Of a DNA stretch of 64,000 bases, positions 27,436 to 36,703 are shown in pieces. Source of the DNA: a virus (lineage: Duplodnaviria > Caudoviricetes). The stretch covers positions 1 through 64,000 of the IMG/VR virus record IMGVR_UViG_3300044542_000107; one strand, given 5' to 3'. How positions within the stretch are numbered: the first letter of the stretch is position 1; the number at the start of each line of letters is the position of its first letter. The notes under the pieces were generated by a model. It saw nothing but the letters and a program-made list of their open reading frames with translations, was not told the DNA's origin and searched no databases. The translations under genes were made by a program, and so were the position numbers.

Positions 27436-29192
27436 TGTCCGGCATCGCAGGCGTCATCTCCGCCGTCGACGCTGTGACCGTCACCCTCGACGTTCCCGCC
27501 GGCGACCCCATCACCGCCACCCTCGGATCAGATCTGGCAGATGCCGCCGCAGTTGGTGTGCAGGCAGTCGCCGATTGGATCCCCGGCACCCCCGGCGAGA
27601 CGGCCGAGGACGACCAGCCGGGACACTGGCAGATTGTCAGCGTCGGCGGGGTGCCGGGGACCATCGGCATGTCCGGGCTCGCCCCCGAAGTGGTCCAGGC
27701 CATCGAGTCCGCCGGTGCGGGTGGCATGACCCGCTGGGATGCTGTCACCGAGCCGTCACAGGACGGTCACGCCGCAGGTGACATGTGGTGGCAGCATGAC
27801 GGCACCGTGTCCGGGGCTGTGATCGCGCAGTGGCATTGGGACGGATCGGCGTGGATCGCCGACACGCTCGACGGCGCCGTGCTCGCCAACCTCGACGCCG
27901 GTACCATCACCACCGGGGCGATGAGTGGCATCACGTACTACTCGCCGTCTGCCACCGCCCTCCCGCGTGCTGAGATCACCGGGCCGCAGGTACGCATCGT
28001 CCGCGACGTCGTCGGCGACGGGACTGGCCAGGTCACGATGGCGCTGGGCGGAGACGACGGCGACAGCCTCACCTTCTATGACGCCGACCAGCAGCCGCAG
28101 GGAGGGGTCGCCTCCGACGGAACCGTCACCGCGTCATCGGTGCTCACCGACTCCCTGTCAATCGCGGGCACCGACGTCCTCGACGTCGCCCAGCAGGGAC
28201 AGCAGGGCTACAGCGCCGCACACATCTTCGTCAAAGACCACGGACCCGTCTCCCAGACGGAAACCGTGATCGTCGACCTGCAGTTTGTCGCAGTGCCAGG
28301 CCGCTCCTACAAGATCGTGTTCAACGCCTCCTGCGACATCCCCCCGACCGGACGACTGATCCCATACTTCCGCATGGTCATCGGCGCCGACGGAGCCGCC
28401 ACGGCGGCACAACCCACCACATCGTCACAGGCACTCGGCAACGGAATCTTCCCAGCCGGCGACTACTATTCGACCAACTACGCCGCCCCCGTCTCCTACT
28501 CGATGCCGTGGGCGCCGCCCGCCACCATCACCCAGCCCACCGCCTGCAGGGTCGCCCTGTCGCTCCTATTCCAAGGCTCGGGACAGACGGTGATCCACAA
28601 GAACACCGGCTTCTTCTCCGTCGAAGACATGGGGTCGGCTTACACGGGCACCTTCGCCGACGGGAACTTCTCCGAGATCCCCGTCGTCACACACGAGCAA
28701 ACATTCAACGCCGCATGGGTCAAGGCGTGGATCACCGGCACCGGCGCAACGACAGCCGGATGGATTCAGCAGGGCACCATGTTCGGGGCGACCGGGCAGG
28801 GTATGCTCGGCTTCCCGGCGGCCCTGCAATCGGCGTTGAACGGCGCCCAGTCCATCGCCTGGGTGGCCGTCCTGCTGCCTGTCCAATACGCCTTGGACTC
28901 GGGTGGCCTGGCCCCGCGCATCGGATATCACACCGCATCGTCTGCGCCCTCGACATTCTCCGCGTCGGGCACCTACACGGCGTCCCCGAAGGTCAAGACC
29001 GGAGGGTCGGCCTGGTTCCGGTTCCCCGCATCCTGGCTGCCGAAGATCGCCGACGGCACCTATAAGGGCATATCTTTGGGCGGCGATACGGGTACCGGAG
29101 CTCAATTCGCCGGGAATATCGGCAAGAATACGGGCACCACTCAGCTCCCGAACTGGCAACCGTTTCAGTTCAAGGCCCGGTGGACGAAATGA
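27435..29192 (+). CDS. Minor tail / receptor-binding protein
   Basis: GDMWW...WDGSAW, LDAGTITTG; position. Confidence 0.7.
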   Translation: MSGIAGVISAVDAVTVTLDVPAGDPITATLGSDLADAAAVGVQAVADWIPGTPGETAEDDQPGHWQIVSVGGVPGTIGMSGLAPEVVQAIESAGAGGMTRWDAVTEPSQDGHAAGDMWWQHDGTVSGAVIAQWHWDGSAWIADTLDGAVLANLDAGTITTGAMSGITYYSPSATALPRAEITGPQVRIVRDVVGDGTGQVTMALGGDDGDSLTFYDADQQPQGGVASDGTVTASSVLTDSLSIAGTDVLDVAQQGQQGYSAAHIFVKDHGPVSQTETVIVDLQFVAVPGRSYKIVFNASCDIPPTGRLIPYFRMVIGADGAATAAQPTTSSQALGNGIFPAGDYYSTNYAAPVSYSMPWAPPATITQPTACRVALSLLFQGSGQTVIHKNTGFFSVEDMGSAYTGTFADGNFSEIPVVTHEQTFNAAWVKAWITGTGATTAGWIQQGTMFGATGQGMLGFPAALQSALNGAQSIAWVAVLLPVQYALDSGGLAPRIGYHTASSAPSTFSASGTYTASPKVKTGGSAWFRFPASWLPKIADGTYKGISLGGDTGTGAQFAGNIGKNTGTTQLPNWQPFQFKARWTK

Positions 29193-29596
29193 CCACCCAT
29201 GAGCGCCGCCTCCGTGACCTCACGTGGGTGCTGATCGTCGCGCAGGCCGTCATGCTGGGGCTCCAGTGGATCGGACGCGCCGCACCGTCCCGGCCACCGG
29301 TCCACGCATGGTGGCCCGCTCCGATGGCCGACGACTGGTGGTGGATCGGCTGCCATGCCGTCGCCGTCGTGCTTCTCCTGTGGGGGCTGGCACGGCGCCG
29401 GCGGTGGTTGCCCGGGGTCATCGGATCGTGGCTGAGTGCGGCTGCGTGGCTGATCTGGGGGGCGTCGGATCTGGCATGGTCCATCGACACCCGCCCGCCC
29501 GTCTCGCTCGTGGCCCCGCTGCTGGCACTGGCGGTGTGCGTGCCGCTGTCGGTGATCGTGGCGCACATGTGGAGCGACCGCGGACTCACCGACTGA
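29189..29596 (+). CDS. Four-TM membrane protein (lysis cassette, holin-like)
   Basis: Four hydrophobic segments. Confidence 0.6.
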   Translation: MTTHERRLRDLTWVLIVAQAVMLGLQWIGRAAPSRPPVHAWWPAPMADDWWWIGCHAVAVVLLLWGLARRRRWLPGVIGSWLSAAAWLIWGASDLAWSIDTRPPVSLVAPLLALAVCVPLSVIVAHMWSDRGLTD

Positions 29597-29608
29597 CAGG
29601 GGGACGGC

Positions 29609-29878
29609 ATGACGCCGGAATGGTCCACCGTCCTCGTCGCAGCCATCACCGCCGTGGTGACGCTCGTGGGGACTCTCGTGGGGGCGGGGGGCAGGAGCCG
29701 ACGCGAGGAACGCAGGGCGTCCGCACGGGTCGACTCGCTCGAATCGTGGGTCTACCACGCGCGCCACCAGCTGCGCCTCTGGAATGACTCACAGCCGCCC
29801 GATACGCCAGTCTTCCACCTCCCCCCACTCCCGGATTGGATGATCAATGCCTCAGACGACGAACCTCCTGGAAACTGA
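29609..29878 (+). CDS. Single-TM small protein
   Basis: N-terminal TM, basic stretch, coiled coil, Pro-rich tail. Confidence 0.7.
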   Translation: MTPEWSTVLVAAITAVVTLVGTLVGAGGRSRREERRASARVDSLESWVYHARHQLRLWNDSQPPDTPVFHLPPLPDWMINASDDEPPGN

Positions 29879-30557
29879 ACGGAAGCAACGCCGCCGGGCC
29901 GAGCGGCTGAGCTTCTGGCAGACCGTCGTCCTCATCGCCCTGGTCGTCGTCGTGGGGGTCGGCGGCATGTGGTCCGGGACGGTCGTCGGGCAGCGCAATC
30001 ACGCCACGGGTGAGGCATCCAAGAACGCCGAGGTGGCGCAGGGATTGGCCGCCCGCGTGCAGGCCGCCTGCCGACTCGACACCGACGAAGGCCGGTCGCT
30101 GCGGAAAGCGGGATTGTGCGCGGCTGCCAGCTCAGCATCCGCGCAGGTCACCGCCGCCGGGAAAGCCGGGGGCCAGCCCGGCCCGGCGGGTCCGGCGGGC
30201 GCGTCCGGCCAGCCGGGACGAGACGCGACCGGTAAAGCGGGGGCGGCAGGCAGTGCGGGCAGGGATGCGACTGGGGCACCCGGCAGTCCCGGACGTGACG
30301 CCACAGGTGAGGCCGGGGCCTCGGGTGCACCCGGCGCCGACTCCACCGTCGCCGGACCGGCAGGCCCCAGCGGACCGGCGGGAGCCGATGGACGCGACGG
30401 CAAGGACGGGGCCGCCGGACAGGACGGCCGGGGCATCGCCTCGCTCGCCTGCACGGATGGGCAGCTGGTCGTCACCTGGACCGACGGCACCACCTCCACC
30501 GTGACCGGCGCCACCGTCTGCCAGCCCACCGCCGAGCCCACCACGGACCCGACATGA
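29847..30557 (+). CDS. Membrane-anchored collagen-like (G-X-Y) protein
   Basis: TM helix, Cys pair, long G-X-Y tract, C-terminal Cys pair. Confidence 0.8.
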   Translation: MPQTTNLLETERKQRRRAERLSFWQTVVLIALVVVVGVGGMWSGTVVGQRNHATGEASKNAEVAQGLAARVQAACRLDTDEGRSLRKAGLCAAASSASAQVTAAGKAGGQPGPAGPAGASGQPGRDATGKAGAAGSAGRDATGAPGSPGRDATGEAGASGAPGADSTVAGPAGPSGPAGADGRDGKDGAAGQDGRGIASLACTDGQLVVTWTDGTTSTVTGATVCQPTAEPTTDPT

Positions 30558-30643
30558 CCCCCCACGGGCACTGCACCGGACGGGTGTGGGTGTGCGGATG
30601 GGACGACCACGAATGCATCACACACACGACGAGGAGACATGAC

Positions 30644-31729
30644 ATGACAGACATTGATGTGCAGGCACTTCAGGTGCCTGACGACCAGGTGCTCGACCCG
30701 GTGGACGACGGCCTGACCGACGAGGACATCGACGCCCTGATCACCCTGCAGCAGGAGGGCGACGCCGACGAATTCGCCCACGCCGAACCCACCGAGCAGG
30801 TGGAGGGTACCGAGGGGGACGACAGCATCGACGCGACTGATGCGACCGCGTTCCTGGCCACCCCCTCGGCCCTCATCTCCGTCCCCAAGCCCTCCGGTAC
30901 CGTGGCGCAAATGGCCGCCCGAGCCGTCTCCTGGTTCGTGTCCAAGGCGGGGACCAAGGAGTCCCCGCGCTACAGCAATCACATCTTCATCTGGCTCGAC
31001 GTGAAGCCCGACTGGAATGGTGAGCCGTACTGCGCGGCCGGGGTCACCGACGCGTGGGCACGCCAGGGCGTCGACCTCCGCCGCGTCATCTCCAACCCCT
31101 ACTACTGCCCGAATCTGGAGGCCATGGCCAAGTCCTACGGGGCGTGGCAGCCCAACAACGGAAAGTACAGCCCGCGTCCGGGTGACATCTCGCTGATGGG
31201 CCGCTCTGGCTACGCGTCCCACACCGGTCTTGCAGCCCCCACGTCCGGCAGCTACAGCGGCTACCGGCAGATCGAGGCCAATACCAGCGCGGGAAACTCC
31301 GGCAGCCAGACCAACGGCGACGGCATCTACATCCGTTTCCGTGACTCCGGCTTCATCCGCGGCTGGATCAACATGGCAGCCCTCATTCCGGCACTACGGA
31401 AGGCCGGGCTGGTCGGCAAGCCTTCCACCTCCAAGCCGAAGCCCACCCCGAGCAAGCCCGCCATCAGCTTCGCCACCACGATGAAGTTCGTCACCGGGTC
31501 GAAGCGCGGCTTGAAGAACGGCAACGTGGCGATCATGCAGAGGGCATTGAACGCGCAGTCCAGCATCAGGCCGTGCCCGCTCGACAGCAAGTGGTCCGGC
31601 GCCATGCAGGCCCCCTACGCCCGCTACCAGCGCGCCTGCGGTTACCAGGGCGCCGACGCCGACGGAATCCCCGGCTACTCCACATGGGCACGGCTCATGT
31701 CCTGGGCCGGATACACCCCCACCAAGTGA
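30644..31729 (+). CDS. Endolysin (CHAP domain + C-terminal wall-binding-like domain)
   Basis: PYCAAGV, PRPGDI, HTG, IEANT; YQRACG...ADGIPG..TW. Confidence 0.85.
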   Translation: MTDIDVQALQVPDDQVLDPVDDGLTDEDIDALITLQQEGDADEFAHAEPTEQVEGTEGDDSIDATDATAFLATPSALISVPKPSGTVAQMAARAVSWFVSKAGTKESPRYSNHIFIWLDVKPDWNGEPYCAAGVTDAWARQGVDLRRVISNPYYCPNLEAMAKSYGAWQPNNGKYSPRPGDISLMGRSGYASHTGLAAPTSGSYSGYRQIEANTSAGNSGSQTNGDGIYIRFRDSGFIRGWINMAALIPALRKAGLVGKPSTSKPKPTPSKPAISFATTMKFVTGSKRGLKNGNVAIMQRALNAQSSIRPCPLDSKWSGAMQAPYARYQRACGYQGADADGIPGYSTWARLMSWAGYTPTK

Positions 31730-31743
31730 AAGAAGCATCCAGC

Positions 31744-32130
31744 ATGGACATCACAGCAGCACTGTCGGTCGTCGCGGCGGCCGTCCTCTCCGTCCTCACC
31801 GCCGCTCTGGCGAATCGGCCCGGCTGGTCGGCCGGCCGCAAGCGGGCCGTGTCGACCGGCACCGCCGTGGTCCTCGGTGTGGTCGCGGCGATCGCGACCG
31901 GCGCCATTGACGGGATCCCTGCGTCGTGGACGTCGTGGCTGGCCTCGGCCATCGTGTCGGTGGCGGTGGTCATCGGTCTGGCGCAGGGCTTCCATCGTCA
32001 GTGGGCGGGGGCTCTGGGCAGGCTCGAATCAGCCACCAGCCCCACCGCCACCACGCAGGCGGAGCCCGTGCCTGCACCGGAGCCGGAGCCCTCCGTCATC
32101 CCTGACGGCGAGGGTGTCGCCACCAACTGA
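31744..32130 (+). CDS. Holin
   Basis: Three TM segments, directly after lysin. Confidence 0.75.
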   Translation: MDITAALSVVAAAVLSVLTAALANRPGWSAGRKRAVSTGTAVVLGVVAAIATGAIDGIPASWTSWLASAIVSVAVVIGLAQGFHRQWAGALGRLESATSPTATTQAEPVPAPEPEPSVIPDGEGVATN

Positions 32131-32144
32131 CCCCCGCACACGCT

Positions 32145-32181
32145 GCCGCCCCACCCTCATTGCGAGGGTGGGGCGGCTTTC
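32145..32181 (+). terminator. Late operon terminator
   Basis: 14-bp stem GCCGCCCCACCCTC/GAGGGTGGGGCGGC + TTT. Confidence 0.85.
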
Positions 32182-32350
32182 GTGCGTCTCAGCGGCCCTC
32201 GTCTGCCAGCCGGTCCAGTGCCCGCGCCAGCACCGGGTTCAGCTGCCGGATCGTCTCCTCCACATCGTCCGCCCACCCCGGCGAGAGCCAGCTAACCCTG
32301 ACGCTGTAGCCAGGAGGGGATCCGGGGCGCTGCGCCCCTCAACGACGCAG

Positions 32351-32571
32351 TGACTCACACATTGACTCACTAACAGACCCCACAATCGTGCTCTGACCCG
32401 CTCTGCTGGCTGATTCGACAGGTGCCGTCCCGAAATCCAGGTGATCAGCGGCTAGACTCGACAGCATGAGCAGGGGCACCGCCAAACCGCATCTGGCTAG
32501 GGGGAAGCTTCGATTATCGCCGTACCGCTGGGGCGCTGCACCCGCAACGCTAGACTCACTGAATGACTCAC
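32351..32571. other. attP-like site with paired integrase arm-type repeats
   Basis: (T/A)GACTCAC at 32351+32363 and 32552+32564 (12-bp period), directly upstream of int. Confidence 0.7.
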
Positions 32572-32587
32572 CAGAGAGGACGGGACC

Positions 32588-33853
32588 ATGGCACGACGCG
32601 ACCAGGGCACCGGATCGGTCTACCGGCGCGGTAGTGACGGGCGATGGATCGCGCAGATCGAGAACGGATGGACACCGAGCGGCCGGCGCCGGTACACCCG
32701 CCGGACGGCGGGCAGCGAGACGGCGGCACGACGCATCCTCAAGGACCTGATCGCCGAGCAGGCGGCAGGCCAGACCTCCATCGACCCCCGCACCACCGTG
32801 CGCACCTGGTGCGAGGAGTGGCTCGGCGGCGTCGAGAAGCGCGCCAAGCCGACCACCCTCGACGCATACCGCAGCGCGGCAAGGGTGTGGATCGTCCCCA
32901 CCCTCGGCAGGAGGCGACTGTCAGCGCTGACCGTCGCCGACCTCGACAAGCTCACCGCAGCGGTCCGCGCCTCGGGGTCCGCCACCCATGCCCTCGGCGT
33001 TGCGAAGATCCTGCGCACCTGCCTCAAGTCCGCCGTCGTCGCAGGCCACAATGTGCCCCGCCCTGTCATGGCCGCACCACTCCCCCGCCACGGCCTGACC
33101 GACCGGCAGGCCATCCCCACCGAGGCGGCGGCGCGGATGCTCGCAGCGGCAGCCCACAAGGAGACGTGGCCGCCACTGGGTGAGCGCCCGCCCACCGACT
33201 GGACGTCGCGCGAGTCCATCGAGGCAAAGCGACGATGGGACGGCGACCAGCTGGCACGCGAGGAGGACATCTCCCGCATCATGGCAGCCCTCCTCCAGGG
33301 CATCAGGCCACAGGAGGCACTCGGCCTCACATGGGACTGTGTCGATCTCGACCGCGACCTCATGGATGTCAGCTGGCAGCTCCAGGACATCAAGCCCGAC
33401 GCGACTCTTCCCGACGACTTCGAGATGCGTCGCCTCGTCGGCTCCAAGGCCCTGGTCCGGCCCAAGTCGCGCTCAGGCGTCCGGACTCTGCCCATCGTCC
33501 CGTGGATGGCCGCAGCGCTCGCCGACTGGCGCGGCCGGCAAGGGCCGAATCCTCACGGGCTGGTGTGGACGCGCGCAGACGGGCGACCCATCGAGGGACG
33601 CACCGACCTGGAGGCATGGAAGGCACTGGAGCGGCACGCCGGAGTAGCCAAGGGCGACGGCCACTACGTCCGCCATGAGGCCCGCCACACCACGGCGTCA
33701 CTGCTGGCCGAGCTGGAGGTGCCAGTGCCGGTCATCATCGCCATCGTCGGGCACTCCTCCTACGCGACGACGATGCGGTACACGCATGTCGGGATCGAGC
33801 AGGCACGCCAGGCACTCCAGCAGGTCGCAGAACGATTGCAGATCACCGACTGA
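32588..33853 (+). CDS. int: Tyrosine integrase
   Basis: Arm-binding N-domain; catalytic R (GIRPQE), K (PKS), HEARH, GHS, Y (MRYTH). Confidence 0.95.
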   Translation: MARRDQGTGSVYRRGSDGRWIAQIENGWTPSGRRRYTRRTAGSETAARRILKDLIAEQAAGQTSIDPRTTVRTWCEEWLGGVEKRAKPTTLDAYRSAARVWIVPTLGRRRLSALTVADLDKLTAAVRASGSATHALGVAKILRTCLKSAVVAGHNVPRPVMAAPLPRHGLTDRQAIPTEAAARMLAAAAHKETWPPLGERPPTDWTSRESIEAKRRWDGDQLAREEDISRIMAALLQGIRPQEALGLTWDCVDLDRDLMDVSWQLQDIKPDATLPDDFEMRRLVGSKALVRPKSRSGVRTLPIVPWMAAALADWRGRQGPNPHGLVWTRADGRPIEGRTDLEAWKALERHAGVAKGDGHYVRHEARHTTASLLAELEVPVPVIIAIVGHSSYATTMRYTHVGIEQARQALQQVAERLQITD

Positions 33854-33865
33854 GCAAGACCATGC

Positions 33866-33897
33866 CCCCGTGAGCGCTGAGGCTCACGGGGCGGTTT
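33866..33897. terminator. Terminator between convergent int and nuclease genes
   Basis: CCCCGTGAGC/GCTCACGGGG stem. Confidence 0.75.
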
Positions 33898-33918
33898 CGT
33901 CGTCTCACGGCCGGGGTA

Positions 33919-35235
33919 TCACTTCTTCCACCTCAGTCGCCCATCCTTGGCCACCTTGCATGTGAGCGTGTTCCCCGATGAGCTCGTACCCGTCGCCCCC
34001 TCCACTGAGCAGTAGGAGCCGCCATGCACCGTCCCCTCGTCACGGGATTCGTGTGTCGTCTCCGGGGCGGCCGGGGCCTGTGTGGTGTGCTGCCTGGTCG
34101 GAGCCGCCTTCCTCGGCGCGGCAGCCTTCTTGGTCGCCCGGTGAGTCCGGGCAGGTGCTGTCTTCGTCGGCGCCGGCGCCGCCTTAGGCTGCCAGTTCAC
34201 ATCGGGTGACGCGGCGGCCGGAATCTTCTGCCCCTTGCAGCTGGCCAGGATCCCCGCGATCGCGTCATGCTCAGCCTGGGTCACCCACAGCCGATAATCG
34301 TGCTTGACCGCCACCTGACGAGCCACATACTGACAGCGGAATGGCTTGTTGGCGGGCAGCCAGGTGGCAGCGTCCCCGTCGGACTTCTGCTGATTTGTCG
34401 GCCCGTCGACGGCCAGCAGATTCAAGGGATCGTTCGCTAGACGTCGACGCTGCTCATCGCCAATCTGCTGCGCCCCCTTCTGCCACGCATCAGACAGGGC
34501 CACCACATGATCAATCTGAATCTCGGATGACGTCGTCTGCCCCCGCTTGAAGGCGATATCGCGGCCCGTGTACGGGTCGTGCAGCGTCCCGGTCAGGATC
34601 ACGCACTCCTTCGTGCCGTCCTTGAACGTCTCACCCTCGAGATCCCGCTGGAGAATGTCGTTGCGGGTGTCACAGCCGTTGTGGTCCGTGTCCGCCCACG
34701 CCTGGCCGAACAGGGCCCGGTCGTATCCGGTCTTCGGCGCCCGGCCCTTGACGGGGAGAGTGGCCAGAATCGCGAGCGCAGTGTCCTGCCCGGCCTTCGC
34801 CGACGTCAGCGACGGTGTGGGGGTCGGGGTGACGCTTGGCGTCCGGCTCGGGGTGACCGAAGGCGTGTCTGGGGCGCTGGCGGATGCGGTGGTGGCGTTG
34901 CTCGCAGGCTCGGCCGCCGTCGTCGCCTGGGGTGGCAGCAGCAGACCGCCCGTGGTCATCACCGCGAGGGCGACCGGGATCCCGATGATCGCCTGCTTCC
35001 TCGACGCCGGAATGAGAGGCGTCACCCACGACCTGCCGCGGATCATGTGCCAGACCGCGGTGATGCCGATGTAGACGCTGGCCAACGACAGCGCACCGCC
35101 GAGCCCTCCCCCATCGGAGGCGCCGCCGATAGCGATGACGATGAGACCTCCCGCACCGATCCAGAACGCGGGGCCGAATCTCCGGCCTCTCTGCCCGTCC
35201 TGCTGCCCCCACTGCTGCTGACTCACCTTGACCAT
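33919..35235 (-). CDS. Membrane-anchored HNH-type nuclease (DUF1524/GmrSD C-terminal family)
   Basis: Three TM, Pro/Thr linker, CDTRNDIL, IDHVVAL, NDPLNLLAVDGPTNQQKSD. Confidence 0.85.
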   Translation of the reverse strand: MVKVSQQQWGQQDGQRGRRFGPAFWIGAGGLIVIAIGGASDGGGLGGALSLASVYIGITAVWHMIRGRSWVTPLIPASRKQAIIGIPVALAVMTTGGLLLPPQATTAAEPASNATTASASAPDTPSVTPSRTPSVTPTPTPSLTSAKAGQDTALAILATLPVKGRAPKTGYDRALFGQAWADTDHNGCDTRNDILQRDLEGETFKDGTKECVILTGTLHDPYTGRDIAFKRGQTTSSEIQIDHVVALSDAWQKGAQQIGDEQRRRLANDPLNLLAVDGPTNQQKSDGDAATWLPANKPFRCQYVARQVAVKHDYRLWVTQAEHDAIAGILASCKGQKIPAAASPDVNWQPKAAPAPTKTAPARTHRATKKAAAPRKAAPTRQHTTQAPAAPETTHESRDEGTVHGGSYCSVEGATGTSSSGNTLTCKVAKDGRLRWKK

Positions 35236-35306
35236 TCTTTCCGGCGCGCGTCACGGACGGCCCGCCCCGCCTGTCGATGGATGCCGCCCACATTGTGCGG
35301 CTGCTG

Positions 35307-35318
35307 TGATTGTCTCAC
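35307..35318 (-). promoter_or_regulatory. Repeated moron promoter motif, copy 1 (GTGAGACAATCA)
   Basis: One of four copies, each upstream of a leftward unit. Confidence 0.55.
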
Positions 35319-35366
35319 GGAAGGTTGAGCCCAGCCGGGATATCGGCGATCTCGCCCGCGGGGTGG

Positions 35367-36017
35367 TCAGTCACCAAGAGTGAGCGCGATGTCACCCGTA
35401 TCCAGGTCGTCCTCGTGGAAGCTGGGGCCACCGCGGTCACCGATCTTGAAGTTGTAGATGCTCTCGCCGCGTGGGATCTCACTGATGAGGAACTGGAATA
35501 CGCACGCTCCACCTGTCACTTTCGACTGGATGAGCGGACCGAACGCGATCTGCTTGGAGGAACCGTCGTAGACACTGACCTGCGCCCCGGTGTCGATGTC
35601 GGAGTACCAGTCGGCCCCAGAGCATGACCCGTCCGAACTGACCGTGAAGTTGTCACTCCCCTTCAACGTGAGAGATCCGGTCACCATGATCTCGTCAGAG
35701 CTCGGCGTCGGAGATGGTGTCTGGGTCCTGGAATGCGTGGCTGCCGGGGCCACGCCCGCGCCTCCTCCGCCGATACCCCGGGAGACGGCCAGTGTGGAGG
35801 TCACCCCCACCACCAGCCCGAGCCCACCGCACAGAAGCCCGACCGCCACCTTGGAAAGGCCTTTACCCCTTGGCTGCTCGGTGGGCTGAAAGTAGTCCCG
35901 GGGGTCGTAGCTCCCTGGTGAGGATTGGTAGTAGTGGTCGGGGGTCTGATACGAATCCGGCGGCTGATAGCCGTCCGGCTGCCCCTGGTCCCGCCTGGGC
36001 GTCAGATAGTCCGACAT
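35367..36017 (-). CDS. Single-TM protein with extracytoplasmic beta domain
   Basis: Pro/Tyr/Gln N-tail, TM, linker, Cys pair. Confidence 0.8.
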   Translation of the reverse strand: MSDYLTPRRDQGQPDGYQPPDSYQTPDHYYQSSPGSYDPRDYFQPTEQPRGKGLSKVAVGLLCGGLGLVVGVTSTLAVSRGIGGGGAGVAPAATHSRTQTPSPTPSSDEIMVTGSLTLKGSDNFTVSSDGSCSGADWYSDIDTGAQVSVYDGSSKQIAFGPLIQSKVTGGACVFQFLISEIPRGESIYNFKIGDRGGPSFHEDDLDTGDIALTLGD

Positions 36018-36037
36018 CTTGAGTTGTCTCCTTGGGA

Positions 36038-36079
36038 TGGATGGGCGCCGCCGTGGCGTCCATATGGTGATGGTCTCAC
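36038..36079 (-). promoter_or_regulatory. Repeated promoter + leader, copy 2 (GTGAGACCATCA)
   Basis: Near-identical to 36652-36690. Confidence 0.65.
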
Positions 36080-36174
36080 AGCCCGCCTACAATTCACGCG
36101 CCGGAGCCACGGTGATGAGCGGTGGCAGCCCGCAGTCTGGCGTGTTCCGCGACGTCTAGCTGTACTTCCTCGGG

Positions 36175-36633
36175 TCACCCCAGCGATGTCACCCGCGCGG
36201 AGATTGTTCCGTCATCGCCGGGCGGGATCGTCGCCGTGCACTCCCACTGATGAGACACCATCCCGCCGAACTCATTCTCGGATTCGACAGTCCCCCAGGT
36301 GCGCACCGTGTAGCCCCCGGCGCCGTCATCGCTGGCCACTCCTCCGACGCCCGACCACACAGCTGTAGACGGCGCCTTGAGCCCCTTCTTCACTGCACCC
36401 TTGCAGGTCTCTTGCGCAGCGACGACGGCCTCATTGGATGTCATCTCGGCGGACCGGCCACCATCGCCCCTCCCGAGCGTCACGGTCGCCGTGATCGCCA
36501 GAATCACGGCGCAGAGAATCGCCAGACAGAGGATGAAGATCCTGGTGTTGCGGGCGCCGACTTGGTTCCCACTGGATTTACTGCGGCCGTCTGTCTCTTG
36601 ACCAACGTCGTGTACGCCGGCAGGCTCTGGCAT
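36175..36633 (-). CDS. Single-TM protein with extracytoplasmic domain
   Basis: TM then C..AVKKGLKAPSTA...VESENEFGG...WEC. Confidence 0.8.
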   Translation of the reverse strand: MPEPAGVHDVGQETDGRSKSSGNQVGARNTRIFILCLAILCAVILAITATVTLGRGDGGRSAEMTSNEAVVAAQETCKGAVKKGLKAPSTAVWSGVGGVASDDGAGGYTVRTWGTVESENEFGGMVSHQWECTATIPPGDDGTISARVTSLG

Positions 36634-36651
36634 GTCGCCTCTCCTTGGTGT

Positions 36652-36690
36652 GGATGGTCGCCGCCATGGCGTCCACGATGATGGTCTCAC
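36652..36690 (-). promoter_or_regulatory. Repeated promoter + leader, copy 3 (GTGAGACCATCA)
   Basis: Near-identical to 36038-36079. Confidence 0.65.
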
Positions 36691-36703
36691 GGGCTGGCGA
36701 CAC

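Larger units (their letters stand above)
1..32350 (+). mobile_element. Prophage A, right part (early/replication genes through head, tail and lysis)
   Basis: Co-oriented siphovirus gene order HNH-TerS-TerL-portal-scaffold-capsid-tail-TMP-lysin-holin-terminator. Confidence 0.95.

Noticed and set aside
27435-29192. Diversity-generating retroelement or invertible tail-fibre system
   Set aside because: No reverse transcriptase, invertase or template/variable repeat pair seen in the window.
30170-30435. GC-rich repeats as a DNA repeat element
   Set aside because: Explained by collagen G-X-Y coding.
32410-32425. GATTCGACAGG resembling a tmRNA 5' end or tRNA T loop as att core
   Set aside because: Flanks do not form the required stems.
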